DNA from: Euprymna scolopes
Taxonomy: Eukaryota
Length of the DNA: 64,000 bases
Reading direction: 5' to 3' (one strand)
NCBI GenBank assembly: GCA_053919585.1
Contig: CM132786.1
This document shows, in pieces, positions 63,501 to 64,000 of the stretch. The notes beneath the pieces are model-generated. The model was not told the DNA's origin. It was given only the letters and a program-made list of their open reading frames with translations, and searched no databases. How positions within the stretch are numbered: the first letter of the stretch is position 1; the number at the start of each line of letters is the position of its first letter. The position numbers and the translations under genes were made by a program.

Positions 63501-64000
63501 TATGTAGAAAAATAAATTCTGGTACATAAACTTGTACTTGTATCAATGCTACAACTCCCCTATTTGTAGCTTTTTGACATTTTCATTTCCAAATATAATA
63601 GCCTTTACTTTTGGAACGACTTTCGTATGATTCCAGACGCTTACGTTTGAAAAAATACATAGACAATAATTGTTACAATGCAGCAATTAAAAAAAATCTC
63701 AGAATAGAACTACCGCGTCCCTGTAACTGTTTAATTTAGTAAATTATAAAATATGAAGGCTTTACTTTTGAAACGGTCCTCGCAATACACAGAGAAAAAC
63801 ACATATCGCTGTTTTTGTGGATTTTGAAACGATAATATGATTAATAGCATATTCAATCTTGAATATCATGGAAAATAGTTTTTTTCTTAAAAAGTGGGCA
63901 ATATTTTGGGGCGTAAACAAATAAACACATACTATTTCATTATTATATATATAAAACAGTAGTCTACGTAAAGGGGGGTTTCAAGATCCTTCATTTCCTC

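Overview
Very AT-rich, (TA)n-microsatellite-laden eukaryotic (animal-like) DNA with four assembly gaps. I can support no intact host protein-coding gene; most entries in the ORF track are spurious (microsatellite or antisense frames) or fragments of decayed transposons. The window is a transposon graveyard. It holds two Penelope-like elements (PLEs; one nearly full RT+GIY-YIG), three CR1-group LINE fragments, an R4/Dong-like LINE fragment, a Ty1/copia pol remnant, and a Helitron with a PIF1 helicase fragment and intact 3' hairpin-CTAG. It also holds mariner/P-like/other DNA transposon relics, two MITEs, a 5S-derived SINE-like element, foldbacks and minisatellites. The most notable signal is non-coding: two distinct tandem-repeat families of ~320-340 bp whose monomer is a tRNA-derived Pol III head followed by a type I hammerhead ribozyme with an 8-nt palindromic stem III. 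Family B is on + at 4941-6044; family A is on - at 4551-4876 and 53749-54108. These are candidate tRNA-headed 'retrozymes'. Several other PLE-type hammerheads are present, including a well-formed one at 27700-27772. All calls come from reading the sequence by eye; no searches or folding programs were run.
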